A DNA stretch of 62,896 nucleotides, filler included, from 8 parts of 8 records of this genome joined end to end with filler, not necessarily neighbours in it; one strand, 5' to 3'. Numbered from the whole stretch's first letter, positions 10,801 to 20,446 are shown. Numbers and translations are program-made. The notes: generated by a model not told the origin, from the sequence alone.

Positions 10801-10942
10801 ATGGCGCCTCCATGTCCAAATTCATAAAGAAGAAATGCTAAAACATAGTTACACTAAACGTCGTTTTGCGTCAAGAACATGGTTTACCGTTGTTGACTCC
10901 ACAGATAAACCTGTAGCGCATAGAACTAATTCTATTGATAAA

Positions 10943-11989
10943 TCAGTATATTCCCCACGGCCTCGGCAAGAAAACCTTGTTATACAGTTCAAGGGCGTAT
11001 CGGTCGGTCATGCCGGCGACAAAATCGCAGGCAGACCTGGCCCGGTCGTCTTCCAGGAGGGGAACCGGGCCGATTTCAGTCAGGTAGATGTCGTCGTCGT
11101 TCATGAATACTTCGAATAGTTCCTGTATGACCTTGGCGCTTCTTATAAAATCAGCATGCACGTAATTAATGTCATAAACGCAGTCGTAAAGAAAATCTCT
11201 CAAGGTCAGCATGGCCTTTTCAACTTCGGGCGAGAAATGCAGTACCAGGTCGTCGTCCTTTTGAATCGAACTAGTCAGAATATCCCTGACCATGGTGTTG
11301 ATACGGGTGGAAGTTCTCACGCCCAGGGTTTGAAGGCATTCATCTGGTATGTCCTTTTCCGTTATCACCGAACCTCGAAGCGCATCATCCACGTCGTGGG
11401 CGATATAGGCAATGATGTCCGAAACCCGAACGATCCGCCCCTCAACGGTAATGGGAGCCCTGTTTTTTTCAGGGGATAAAATTGATCCCTTTCCTTTGGA
11501 ATGTTTCAGGATCCCGTCGCGGACCTCATTGGTCAGATTAAGACCCTCTCCGTCCTTTTCCAGTTTATCAACAACCCTAAGGCTTTGTTCATGATGGGTG
11601 AACCCTTTTGAGTATATCTGGTTGAGTACTTCTTCACCGGCATGGCCGAAAGGCGTGTGCCCCAGGTCGTGTCCCAGGCAGATGGCCTCGGTCAGATCTT
11701 CATTAAGTTTAAAAGCCCTGGCTAATGTCCGCGCGATTTGAGCAACTTCAAGGGTGTGGGTCAGGCGGGTCCGATAATGGTCTCCGGTGGGCGCCAAAAA
11801 GACCTGAGTTTTGTGTTTCAGTCGTCTGAACGATTTGGAATGGACGATCCGGTCCCTGTCTCTTTGAAAGGAGGATCTGAGATCGCACTCGGTTTCCGGC
11901 CTGAGGCGGCTGCTCCGGGCCGATAAAGCGGCAAAGGGGGCCAGTTCTTTTTCTTCCCTGGCTTCAACATCCAATCGAAGCAATATCAT
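10943..11989 (-). CDS. dgt: deoxyguanosinetriphosphate triphosphohydrolase (HD domain)
   Basis: FQRDRDRIVHSKSFRRLKHKTQVF, RTRLTHTLEV, GHDLGHTPFGHAGE, DFVAGMTDRYA motifs. Confidence 0.93.
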   Translation of the reverse strand: MILLRLDVEAREEKELAPFAALSARSSRLRPETECDLRSSFQRDRDRIVHSKSFRRLKHKTQVFLAPTGDHYRTRLTHTLEVAQIARTLARAFKLNEDLTEAICLGHDLGHTPFGHAGEEVLNQIYSKGFTHHEQSLRVVDKLEKDGEGLNLTNEVRDGILKHSKGKGSILSPEKNRAPITVEGRIVRVSDIIAYIAHDVDDALRGSVITEKDIPDECLQTLGVRTSTRINTMVRDILTSSIQKDDDLVLHFSPEVEKAMLTLRDFLYDCVYDINYVHADFIRSAKVIQELFEVFMNDDDIYLTEIGPVPLLEDDRARSACDFVAGMTDRYALELYNKVFLPRPWGIY

Positions 11990-12097
11990 CTTTTAATCCC
12001 CGGGATATTAAAGGTATAGGCCCCGCCAATACGGGGCCGTAAAAGGCTGGACAATGACTAAGGCGAGATTCGGCCGCAACGGCAGGCGCCAGGCGGA

Positions 12098-12466
12098 TTA
12101 ATCGGGAATTTCGGCCTCCAGGGCATTGGCTATCCTGGTTTTAAGTTCAGTCAGGTCGAAACTCTTAATAACATAGTGATCCGCGGCTATTGACTTCATA
12201 TCTTCCTTGAACGTGTCATACGCCGTGCAGAGTATAACCGGCAAGTCATAAAACTTGTTGCGAATATCCTGCAACAAGTCCAGCCCGTTATAATCCACCA
12301 TCTTAATATCCAGAACAACAAGGTTCGGCTTTTCCCTTTCAATGGTTTCAAGAAGTTGGAAACCGCTGTCAGCGGTAATCACTTCATACCCTTCATCAGC
12401 CAGTTCTTCGGAATATAGAAAACGGATATGCTCTTCGTCATCGACGATCAAAATCTTTTTCGGCAT
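12098..12466 (-). CDS. single-domain response regulator
   Basis: ILIVDDE, LDIKM, CTAY, K motif; GGAGGT RBS before ATG at 12466. Confidence 0.9.
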   Translation of the reverse strand: MPKKILIVDDEEHIRFLYSEELADEGYEVITADSGFQLLETIEREKPNLVVLDIKMVDYNGLDLLQDIRNKFYDLPVILCTAYDTFKEDMKSIAADHYVIKSFDLTELKTRIANALEAEIPD

Positions 12467-12488
12467 TAAGACAACCTCCCATTCCCAT

Positions 12489-13706
12489 TTATAAGGGCCA
12501 GCGTTCAATCAGGTAAGGTTTGGTCTCCTCAAACATAACAGCTTCATTTTCAATGAATTCTTCGGCTTGTTGTATGGACATGCGTTCCGTCTTTTTTACA
12601 AAAGACAGGGTTTTCCCATAATACAAAGGTATTAACGAATCCAGTAATGCACCGATATCGCCGCCGACCTTGTTTTTATATGCTATTGCCATATCGTAAA
12701 GGGTTTTAACCCACAAGACCGTGGGGAAGTCAAATTTATCCTGGTTCAAGTCTCTTATTTCCAGCAGCTTGTGCAGAACTTCCTCAGTAAACACTTCCTT
12801 CCACATGTCAAGATGAGTATCGAATCCATTGACCATTTTCTGGTATAAAGTGGCCTGGCTGACATTAACCGGCGGCGGCATTTCCACTTCGCCAAGACCG
12901 AATCCGTATATGGCCGTAGGTTTACTCCATTTGACTTTCTTCCAAAAAGGCGAGTACACGGTCATCATATCGAATATGGTGCCGACTACCTGCCTGAACA
13001 TGGGACCCAGAGCAGCTCCCGGATCCTTGGGCTTATGAATCTTGGGCCGGCCCATGAAAGCCTGACAGATGGGAATGTTGTTGTTCATGGCCAGGGTCGT
13101 CATCCAGATATCGATGCCGAACTGGGCTATGGAATCGTTCCAGGTATCGGACAGCGAATATATTTCAGCCAGGCTGCCTGAAAACCCAAAGTCTCCGCCA
13201 ATGGGCTGCCTGACCCGCCTTCCGTACAGGGCCCTGGTGATAGGGTAGGCAATGGAATTGGTTATGGTGCCGTCGTATTTATGCCGCACGTATAACGGTG
13301 CGACAAACCCGAAATCCGTATCCAGCGGTTCCCCAAGGTGCTTTATCCATTGGGGGGTGATGCTTTTCAGATCTGCATCCACAACTACGACGGACTCGGC
13401 GCGGAGTTCAATTACTTTTCTAAAAAGATTATTGAAATTATTGCCTTTACCTTTAACACCCGGTTCGGTCGACAAGTATATCTTCGGGACTTCCGTAGGC
13501 GTATTCAGAAAAGCTTCTTTTGTTCCATCGCTCGAGTTGTTATCGCAATTAATAATTACCGATTTTTTATCGCTGAAGTACTGAATCAATCCTTCCGCTG
13601 CCTTGGCCGTGGGAAAAGCAATGTTCTCCACTTCGTTGAAGGATGGTATACTGACAACGATTTCCGCTTCCGTAATATTGTCTGGATTGACTTCTCCGGT
13701 AAACAT
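12489..13706 (-). CDS. GT-A glycosyltransferase, glucosylglycerate/mannosylglycerate synthase-like
   Basis: IPSFNE, GKGNN, DADL, YVRHKYDGTITN, RQPIGGDFG, FGIDIWMT motifs. Confidence 0.7.
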   Translation of the reverse strand: MFTGEVNPDNITEAEIVVSIPSFNEVENIAFPTAKAAEGLIQYFSDKKSVIINCDNNSSDGTKEAFLNTPTEVPKIYLSTEPGVKGKGNNFNNLFRKVIELRAESVVVVDADLKSITPQWIKHLGEPLDTDFGFVAPLYVRHKYDGTITNSIAYPITRALYGRRVRQPIGGDFGFSGSLAEIYSLSDTWNDSIAQFGIDIWMTTLAMNNNIPICQAFMGRPKIHKPKDPGAALGPMFRQVVGTIFDMMTVYSPFWKKVKWSKPTAIYGFGLGEVEMPPPVNVSQATLYQKMVNGFDTHLDMWKEVFTEEVLHKLLEIRDLNQDKFDFPTVLWVKTLYDMAIAYKNKVGGDIGALLDSLIPLYYGKTLSFVKKTERMSIQQAEEFIENEAVMFEETKPYLIERWPL

Positions 13707-13937
13707 GAGTGGTCAGCTCCTTTTTAGAGCGTGAAGCTTGTACTTCCATTCATAGTCTATACCCAAAGATACAACATCAACATAACAAAGTTAATACAAT
13801 TATGCAAAAACAGTTTTTTAGGAAGGCAGGCGGGCAGGCTCGCCAGTCAATCAATGAAGATAAGCGGAGAATAAATTCGGGTTAAACCTGAATTCATTCC
13901 CTGCATGCTAATTTTGAGATCTTCGTTTGTTGGAATT

Positions 13938-15128
13938 CTAATCCGTTTTGGGGGATCCTTTGTCTGCTTTTTCCGGCAGCTTGAAAATAAAAGGCAACCC
14001 GGCCAATCCAATGCAGGCGCTGATAATGTAAGCCGCTTTCAGACTGAGAGCGTCTCCTATAAAGCCGACCGGAATTACAACCGCGGAACGAACCAGAAAG
14101 GAAGACATCATAAAAAAGCCATTGGCCGCCGACGGACTTTCCTTGGCGTTTTCCTGGACCAGGGCCAACATGACCGGAGTTGTTGAAAGAAGGGTCAAAC
14201 CCAGGAACGCTAGTATAATGAAACGAAAAATCCCGCTTGACGCCACAAACAGAAACATGAACAAGGGGGCTCCGGTGAGACTAACCAAAAGCATTTTCCG
14301 ACGGCCGAAACGGTCGCTTAAGGTTCCGGACATGAAAACTCCGGCCACCCCGGCGGCTTCGAGGACTGTCAGGCCCAGGCCGGCCAGCCACAGGTCGCCT
14401 GTTTCCAGTTTGAGAAAAGTCGGTAGAAACGTGACCATGGAGGCGTGCATGAAAGCCCTGGCTGTCAGAATGAATATTAACGGCAGCAAAACATACCGCA
14501 TGCTTCTCCAGGTTTGCCGCAGCGAGGCGGCGCCTTTTTTGTCACTCTGGACCGAAAGATCAGGGAGTTTGAAATACAGCCAAAATGAAGCGAAGATACC
14601 GACGATCATAACCGGGTAAAAACCGTCAAGTCCGAATATTGATACAGCCCCGACCGCGGCTATGGGCCCGACCGTTCGGGACAATTCACCGCCGGTCATG
14701 AAAAAGCTCATGCCTTTGCCAACCTGGGGGCCGGATAGCCTCGCCACCATGACCGGGGCGGGGACATGAAAAACAGCAGTGCTTATGCCGGCGATTATAA
14801 GAAGCATGAGCAGGACTCCGTAATTTGGGGCCAAACCTATAAGACTCATCGGCACGGCAGTGGTCACGGGCGCCAACACAACAAACCATCGGACATTGAC
14901 CCTGTCGGCGAGGCGTCCAATAAATGGGTTTAAAAGCGCAGGCAATTGCATGAAAGTGCTAAGAGCGCCGGCCTGGGTCAGGGACATGGACAGCTTTTCA
15001 ATCAATAACGGCAACAATGGGGAAAGAAAGGCGGAATACACATCATGGATGAAGTGGCAGGCGGATACGGCGGCCACTCCGCCGGTTTTAAATATTCCGG
15101 GTTCCTTTTCAGGACTTTTTTCGCTCAC
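13938..15128 (-). CDS. MFS transporter (Fsr-like)
   Basis: HFIHDVY, G.LADR, FH.PA, GTLSDRFGRR; about 12 hydrophobic segments; GTG start. Confidence 0.85.
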   Translation of the reverse strand: MSEKSPEKEPGIFKTGGVAAVSACHFIHDVYSAFLSPLLPLLIEKLSMSLTQAGALSTFMQLPALLNPFIGRLADRVNVRWFVVLAPVTTAVPMSLIGLAPNYGVLLMLLIIAGISTAVFHVPAPVMVARLSGPQVGKGMSFFMTGGELSRTVGPIAAVGAVSIFGLDGFYPVMIVGIFASFWLYFKLPDLSVQSDKKGAASLRQTWRSMRYVLLPLIFILTARAFMHASMVTFLPTFLKLETGDLWLAGLGLTVLEAAGVAGVFMSGTLSDRFGRRKMLLVSLTGAPLFMFLFVASSGIFRFIILAFLGLTLLSTTPVMLALVQENAKESPSAANGFFMMSSFLVRSAVVIPVGFIGDALSLKAAYIISACIGLAGLPFIFKLPEKADKGSPKTD

Positions 15129-15392
15129 GTTATATTCCTTTACAACACATGATCACTTTTAAAATATGAAAAGGCCGGCACGTTATTCTATATTTTGTGC
15201 TCGACCTGGCTTTGACTCTATTATCAACCCGAATCATCGGGCGCCCGTTCTGAAGCATCTGACAGTATACTTAATGATTAGAGGTGTCAAGCCAACCCGA
15301 AGCGCCAACTGAACCGTCAGACATTGCTGCATTATTAATTCATCCGTGCTAAAATATCCTACAAGCTGTCTCAAAAAAGCTATATGGCCCAA

Positions 15393-15492
15393 NNNNNNNN
15401 NNNNNNNNNNNNNNNNNNNNNNNNNNNNNNNNNNNNTTAATTAATTAANNNNNNNNNNNNNNNNNNNNNNNNNNNNNNNNNNNNNNNNNNNN
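15393..15492. other. artificial contig spacer
   Basis: N-run with TTAATTAATTAA. Confidence 0.98.
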
Positions 15493-16017
15493 CGCATCCA
15501 GGATAGTTTGGATATCATTCATGCGTCCCTGATGATCAGATATCAGCACTTCTATTTTACAATTGGGAATTTTAGTTCGTAGGGTCTTAATACATTTAGC
15601 CCAGTGCTCAGCACCACCGTCCGGTAGATCGTCGCGCGTTACACAGGTGATGACTGCATACTCCAGCTTCAGCAATGAGATTGCCTCAGCCAGGTTTTGC
15701 GGTTCCTCCGCGAGCGATAGGGTACTAGGGCGATAGGGCACCGGTTCTCCGTCGCCCCGCGCTATCGCGCTATTGCCCTCGCTCTCTATTGCTTCAATGT
15801 TGCAGAATCTGCAATTCCGGGTACAACGATCCCCAAGTACCATAAACGTGGCGGTCTTATTACTCCAGCACTCTTCTTTATTGGGGCATCTTGCTTCGTC
15901 GCAAACGGTGTGTAAACGATGGTGGCTTAGGACCGATTTAACGGTTCGGCATTCGGTGCCGCCGGGCAGCTTGATCTTCAGCCATTCAGGTTTGCGTACT
16001 TCCATCGTCTTTTTCAA
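15493..16017 (-). CDS. lipA: lipoyl synthase, N-terminal part (cut by contig end)
   Basis: RKPEWLK, CDEARCPNKEEC (CX4CX5C), CTRNCRFC (radical SAM), TRDDLPDGGA motifs. Confidence 0.92.
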
Positions 16018-16084
16018 TTGTTTGTTTTAAATACAATGTGAAATTTAAAGATGAATTGTGCCGTTTCAAATATAAATCGGATGA

Positions 16085-16468
16085 AAAGTAAGTGGTAAAT
16101 AGTTAGTAGTAAATGGAAGTAAACGGGCGAAAAGTGAACAGTTAAACTTCTAAACAAATCCGAAGGACGACTAAACCCTAAACAGAGCCACAGGCTCTTA
16201 AACGTGCACGCAGTGCACAAAGAGGGGTTTCAAATACTTTTCGATGAAATCGTAAGACGTAAAACGTAAAACGTGAGACGCAGATCGTTTTGAAATGATT
16301 TTTGCAAAATGTAGGGGCGACGCTGGAGTCGCCCGCATGCTTCAGCGTAGGATGGCAGCCTTGTGCGAAGGAGGACGACCAGTTAAACTTTAAACCCTTA
16401 AACAGCGAAGCGCTAAACTTCTAAACAGTCCAAAGGACGACTAAACTTCTAAACGGCCGGAACGGCTA
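16085..16468. repeat. cluster of short-period and dispersed repeats
   Basis: 7-mer runs (e.g. ACGTAAA/ACGTGAG at about 16250-16280); duplicated TAAACTTCTAAAC..TCC.AAGGACGACTAAAC at about 16143 and 16414. Confidence 0.7.
16311..16334 (+). repeat. GTAG-type REP-like hairpin
   Basis: GTAG-GGGCGAC-GCTGGA-GTCGCCC. Confidence 0.6.
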
Positions 16469-16565
16469 TCAATGTTGTATTTAAATAGAAGTGTGAATTA
16501 TATAACAGAGGCATTTGTGGTAGTATAATCATTAATACTGATTAGATTAATTGATCAAATTGTAA

Positions 16566-16598
16566 TAAACTCGCAAGAGAACCGGTCTTATATAGCGA
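16566..16598. other. 11-6-11 imperfect palindrome, dif-like recombination site or operator (copy 1)
   Basis: TAAAC-TCGCAAGAGAA-CCGGTC-TTATATAGCGA; matches copy at 18953-18985. Confidence 0.55.
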
Positions 16599-16704
16599 AA
16601 TATTCAGTCCATATTCTATTATTTGTAAAATTCATAAAATATTTTATCTTATTACAGTTAAGAGAATTCAATTTTCAATAAAAATCTTGGTGAGAGGTGA
16701 TATT

Positions 16705-16992
16705 ATGAGTGAATCAAACTATAACGTCTCTATTAAAGAAAGAATTAGTCCAGGGAATTATTGGACACATCCTATTAAAGTAAAGGATCTTCAGGATTTA
16801 ATGGAAAAATTAAAGAAGGAGAAAGTAACAAAAATCTCCCTGAAGCACAGTTCGCAATATGTCGATTATGAGATTGAACGAAAATTTAATATATCTATTA
16901 ATGAAATAAATGAAGAAGATTTTGAGTATTTAACTGAGGATAAACAAGGATATTTTATGTTCATATTTGTTGAGCATAAGAAAAAGGACTAA
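16705..16992 (+). CDS. hypothetical protein (first gene of 3-gene operon)
   Basis: GAGGTG RBS before ATG at 16705; stop 2 nt before next start. Confidence 0.7.
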   Translation: MSESNYNVSIKERISPGNYWTHPIKVKDLQDLMEKLKKEKVTKISLKHSSQYVDYEIERKFNISINEINEEDFEYLTEDKQGYFMFIFVEHKKKD

Positions 16993-16994
16993 TT

Positions 16995-17582
16995 ATGGCA
17001 AACATAAGAAACAGCAATTTCAAGGTTGGAACCTTTCATGGTACCTTAAACCCAGTAAAGGGGAGCAAAGAAGCTTCCTTAAGGAATGCTTTATATTTAA
17101 TTGGAATGATAAAATTACCTTATTCCAACGTTGACATACTCAAAATTAGATTATTCGCCTATGAAGTTCCCATTGGTATTAGAGGGAAGAGAATTGATTT
17201 GTTGGGATATGATGAGAATAAGAATCCATGGATAATTGAACTTAAAGCACATGATTCAGGTGAACATATTTCGAAAATTGTAGATCAAATAAATAACTAT
17301 GAAAAACAATTAAGAAATTTATTACCGCATATTGAATTGGAGTTTAAAGAAAGATTTTTAATTCCTATTGAATTTTCAAAAGAGGTAAAGAAAATGATTT
17401 TGGCTCCTAGAGAATTTTACTTAAAAGAAGATAAAACTAAATATCCCAAGAAAAAGGATATTCTTTTATGTTCTATAGCAAAGCTAAAAGAAGTTTATAA
17501 TAAAGATAATCGTATGGTACTTGATGAAAAATTTAGTGTTTTAGATCAAATAACAGTAAAAATTGAAAATAAAGACAGATGA
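16995..17582 (+). CDS. PD-(D/E)xK-fold nuclease-like protein
   Basis: YEVP..RIDLLGYD......IIELK motif and downstream Q...Y, typical of NucS/restriction-like endonucleases. Confidence 0.7.
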   Translation: MANIRNSNFKVGTFHGTLNPVKGSKEASLRNALYLIGMIKLPYSNVDILKIRLFAYEVPIGIRGKRIDLLGYDENKNPWIIELKAHDSGEHISKIVDQINNYEKQLRNLLPHIELEFKERFLIPIEFSKEVKKMILAPREFYLKEDKTKYPKKKDILLCSIAKLKEVYNKDNRMVLDEKFSVLDQITVKIENKDR

Positions 17583-18886
17583 GCTACAGAATCCACCGCG
17601 GAACTCAGGAAATTGGAGGTTCATGCGTTGAGCTATGGACCGCAGAGACACGAATCCTTATTGACTTTGGGATGCCCTTAGTTGAGAAGGACGGATCTGA
17701 GTTTAGCTTTAAGAAGTATGAGAAACTTGATTCCACAGAGTTGATCAACAGGGGAGTGTTGCCGAATATTAAAGGTCTCTATAAAAATGAAGATCCTGAA
17801 GTTGATGCTATTATCATTACCCATCCTCATGCTGATCATTATGGCTTCTTGGATTACATTCATAAAGACATCCCCGTTTATATGGGGGAAGCTACTCATA
17901 AACTGATTGAATTAAGCAATATCTTCCTGCCACAGTCAATCAATTTAAGAAATGTCAGCCATTATAAGAGAGATGTATCATTTAATATTGGTGATATTAA
18001 CATTATACCATATTGGATGGATCATTCAGCCTTTGATGCCTATGCCTTATTAATTGAAGCTGAAGGAAAGCGTTTGTTCTATAGTGGTGATTTCCGTTCA
18101 CATGGAAGAAAAGCAAGGGTATTTAAACGACTATTGAGCAATTCACCTAAGAATATTGACCATTTGCTTATGGAAGGTACAACGATTGGTCGAGGTAAGC
18201 AGATTTCAAAGACTGAAATTGATATAGAAAATGAAATGTATGAAAAATTCATTGAACCCGGAAAACTAAATCTTGTATATGCTTCCGGACAAAATATTGA
18301 CCGAATTGTATCAATCTATAAGGCATGCAAAAGAGCAAAAAGGACATTTGTCCTGGATGTATATGTAGCCAACATCATGAAGACTTTGTCAGAATATGCA
18401 GCTTTACCATATCCTTCAAGTGGATTTAAAGATATTAAAGTATGTTTCCCTTATTATACAGGTAAAAGGTTACAAAGGCAGAATAGAGAAGATCTTATGT
18501 ATAAATTCAAGACTTATAAGGTTACACGTCAGGAGATTGATCAATATTCAGGTAAATATGTAATGATCGTAAGAGGATCAATGCAAAAAGAATTGGATCT
18601 GATGGAAAACATTGATAGTGGTAATTTTATCTATTCTATGTGGGAAGGTTATCTAAAGAAGAAGAACACGAAGAAATTTGTGGAGCACCTGGAAAATGAT
18701 AAAGCTTTTAAGACATCAATAATCCATACAAGTGGTCATGCAGACATCCAGGCACTTCAAGACCTAGCTGAAGCTATAGATCCTAAATTCATTGTACCGA
18801 TACATACATTTGATGGAGATAAATACAAAGATATCTTCAAAGGACAAATCTTAGAGCTAAAAGATGGGGAAGAGGTAAGCTTGTAG
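17579..18886 (+). CDS. metallo-beta-lactamase/beta-CASP ribonuclease (RNase J-like)
   Basis: EIGGSC, THPHADH, DHS, YSGDFR, MEGT, HTSGHA, PIHT motifs; ATGA overlap with upstream gene. Confidence 0.88.
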   Translation: MSYRIHRGTQEIGGSCVELWTAETRILIDFGMPLVEKDGSEFSFKKYEKLDSTELINRGVLPNIKGLYKNEDPEVDAIIITHPHADHYGFLDYIHKDIPVYMGEATHKLIELSNIFLPQSINLRNVSHYKRDVSFNIGDINIIPYWMDHSAFDAYALLIEAEGKRLFYSGDFRSHGRKARVFKRLLSNSPKNIDHLLMEGTTIGRGKQISKTEIDIENEMYEKFIEPGKLNLVYASGQNIDRIVSIYKACKRAKRTFVLDVYVANIMKTLSEYAALPYPSSGFKDIKVCFPYYTGKRLQRQNREDLMYKFKTYKVTRQEIDQYSGKYVMIVRGSMQKELDLMENIDSGNFIYSMWEGYLKKKNTKKFVEHLENDKAFKTSIIHTSGHADIQALQDLAEAIDPKFIVPIHTFDGDKYKDIFKGQILELKDGEEVSL

Positions 18887-18952
18887 TATTAAAGTCCCCT
18901 GTACTAGCATCATTTCGTATTCTATTCGCAATATTACCAACAAGAATTGCGT

Positions 18953-18985
18953 TAAACTCGCAATATAATATGCCTTATATAGCTA
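18953..18985. other. 11-6-11 imperfect palindrome, dif-like recombination site or operator (copy 2)
   Basis: TAAAC-TCGCAATATAA-TATGCC-TTATATAGCTA. Confidence 0.55.
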
Positions 18986-19151
18986 GAGGTCCTTGAGTGC
19001 TTAATAACCCCTTGTAAATTAATAGAAGATTAACTAAATTAGGTCATAGTTAAATAATATTATGTTGATGGAAATTGGAGACAGGGAAGTAATCAATTTT
19101 CGAATAGTCAAATTAATTCTTTAGTATCTGAATATTAAAAAGGAGTTTGTG

Positions 19152-20378
19152 ATGAAATTTAGAACTATTTTCTATTTAACAATTTGTTTACTAGTACTGA
19201 CATCGTGTTTTTCAACTACAAATCAGTTTTTGGAAGCTGTAAGTGATAATGATGTACAAAAAGTAAAAAATCTTATTGATAAGGGTGTAGATATAACTAC
19301 AGCTGATGAATTTGGTCAAGATGCTATGTTTAGAGCTGCATATCGAGGGCATGAAGATATTGTTAAAATTCTAATTGATAATGGTATTGATGTTAATAAA
19401 AAATCGAAAGGAATTCAGCCAATATATTTAGCTGCTCAGGAAGGTCACATCAATATTATTAAAACCCTTGTTGAATCTGGAGCGGATGTTGATGCTGCCA
19501 CACATTTCGGATATACTGCCTTATATACAGCTTCTCGTCACATACATTATGATATTGTTAAATACCTGATTCAAAATAATGCAAATACAGAACTAAAGTG
19601 TAATAATGGCCTCACACCACTAATGGGTATTTTTAATTATGATCCTGAAATATTTTTAATGAGACATGAAAGTGTTGAAATAGTTGATGGAAAGCAAGTG
19701 TTTAACTTGGGAAATATATATGATGATATTCATGATCTTGCAGAAATGCTTATAAAAAATGGTGCGGATGTAAACAGTGCAAGTGATGCTGGTATTACAC
19801 CAATTCATCTAGCATCTTTTTATCCAACGGATGTGACAAGTTTCATAAAACTATTATATGAAAATGGAGCAGATATAAATGTGAAAAACAATTATGGAGA
19901 TACGCCACTTCTAATATCAGCTAAAAAAGGTTTTATTAAGAATTTTAATTTCTTTTTGGAAAATGGAGCAAATATAAACGAATATACTAAAGATAACGAG
20001 TCATTATTATTTCTTGCTGTTTATAGTGATGAAATTGAAATGGTTAAAAACGTTTTACAATTAAAAAAGATAGATATTAATCATCAAACCAATGAGGGTA
20101 AAACAGCATTAATGTTAGCCGTAGAAAATGATAATTATGAAATAGTAAAAAGGATTATTGAAAGCGGGGCTGATGTTAATATCAGAACTAGTGATTCAGG
20201 TTATACAGCTCTAATGTTTGCAGCAGAAAAAGCGAAGCGAGCAATTGCAAGACTTCTTGTAGAAAATGGAGCTGAACTTGATATTGTGAACAATCAAAAA
20301 TATACAGCTTTAAAACTTGCTCGTCGCAACATGAATGTAGATGTCGTTAAATATTTGGAATCTTTGAATAAAAAATAA
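19152..20378 (+). CDS. ankyrin-repeat lipoprotein
   Basis: lipobox LTSC; many G.TPL..A / GADVN ankyrin repeats. Confidence 0.9.
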   Translation: MKFRTIFYLTICLLVLTSCFSTTNQFLEAVSDNDVQKVKNLIDKGVDITTADEFGQDAMFRAAYRGHEDIVKILIDNGIDVNKKSKGIQPIYLAAQEGHINIIKTLVESGADVDAATHFGYTALYTASRHIHYDIVKYLIQNNANTELKCNNGLTPLMGIFNYDPEIFLMRHESVEIVDGKQVFNLGNIYDDIHDLAEMLIKNGADVNSASDAGITPIHLASFYPTDVTSFIKLLYENGADINVKNNYGDTPLLISAKKGFIKNFNFFLENGANINEYTKDNESLLFLAVYSDEIEMVKNVLQLKKIDINHQTNEGKTALMLAVENDNYEIVKRIIESGADVNIRTSDSGYTALMFAAEKAKRAIARLLVENGAELDIVNNQKYTALKLARRNMNVDVVKYLESLNKK

Positions 20379-20410
20379 TTTATCTATTAGAGAAATATAA
20401 TTCTAGTGAG

Positions 20411-20446
20411 AGAAAGAGCCGTCAATTAGTGGCTCTTTCTTGTTGT
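20411..20446 (+). terminator. terminator-like hairpin between convergent genes
   Basis: AGAAAGAGCC / GGCTCTTTCT perfect 10-bp stem. Confidence 0.7.

Noticed and set aside
16140-16456. CRISPR array
   Set aside because: Only two degenerate long copies plus short periodic units; no regular repeat-spacer pattern and no cas genes.
19043-19070. Third dif-like site (GTCATAGTTAA-ATAATA-TTATGTTGATG)
   Set aside because: Only the TTATGTT half resembles XerD arms and it does not match the two paired sites; plausible by chance in AT-rich DNA.
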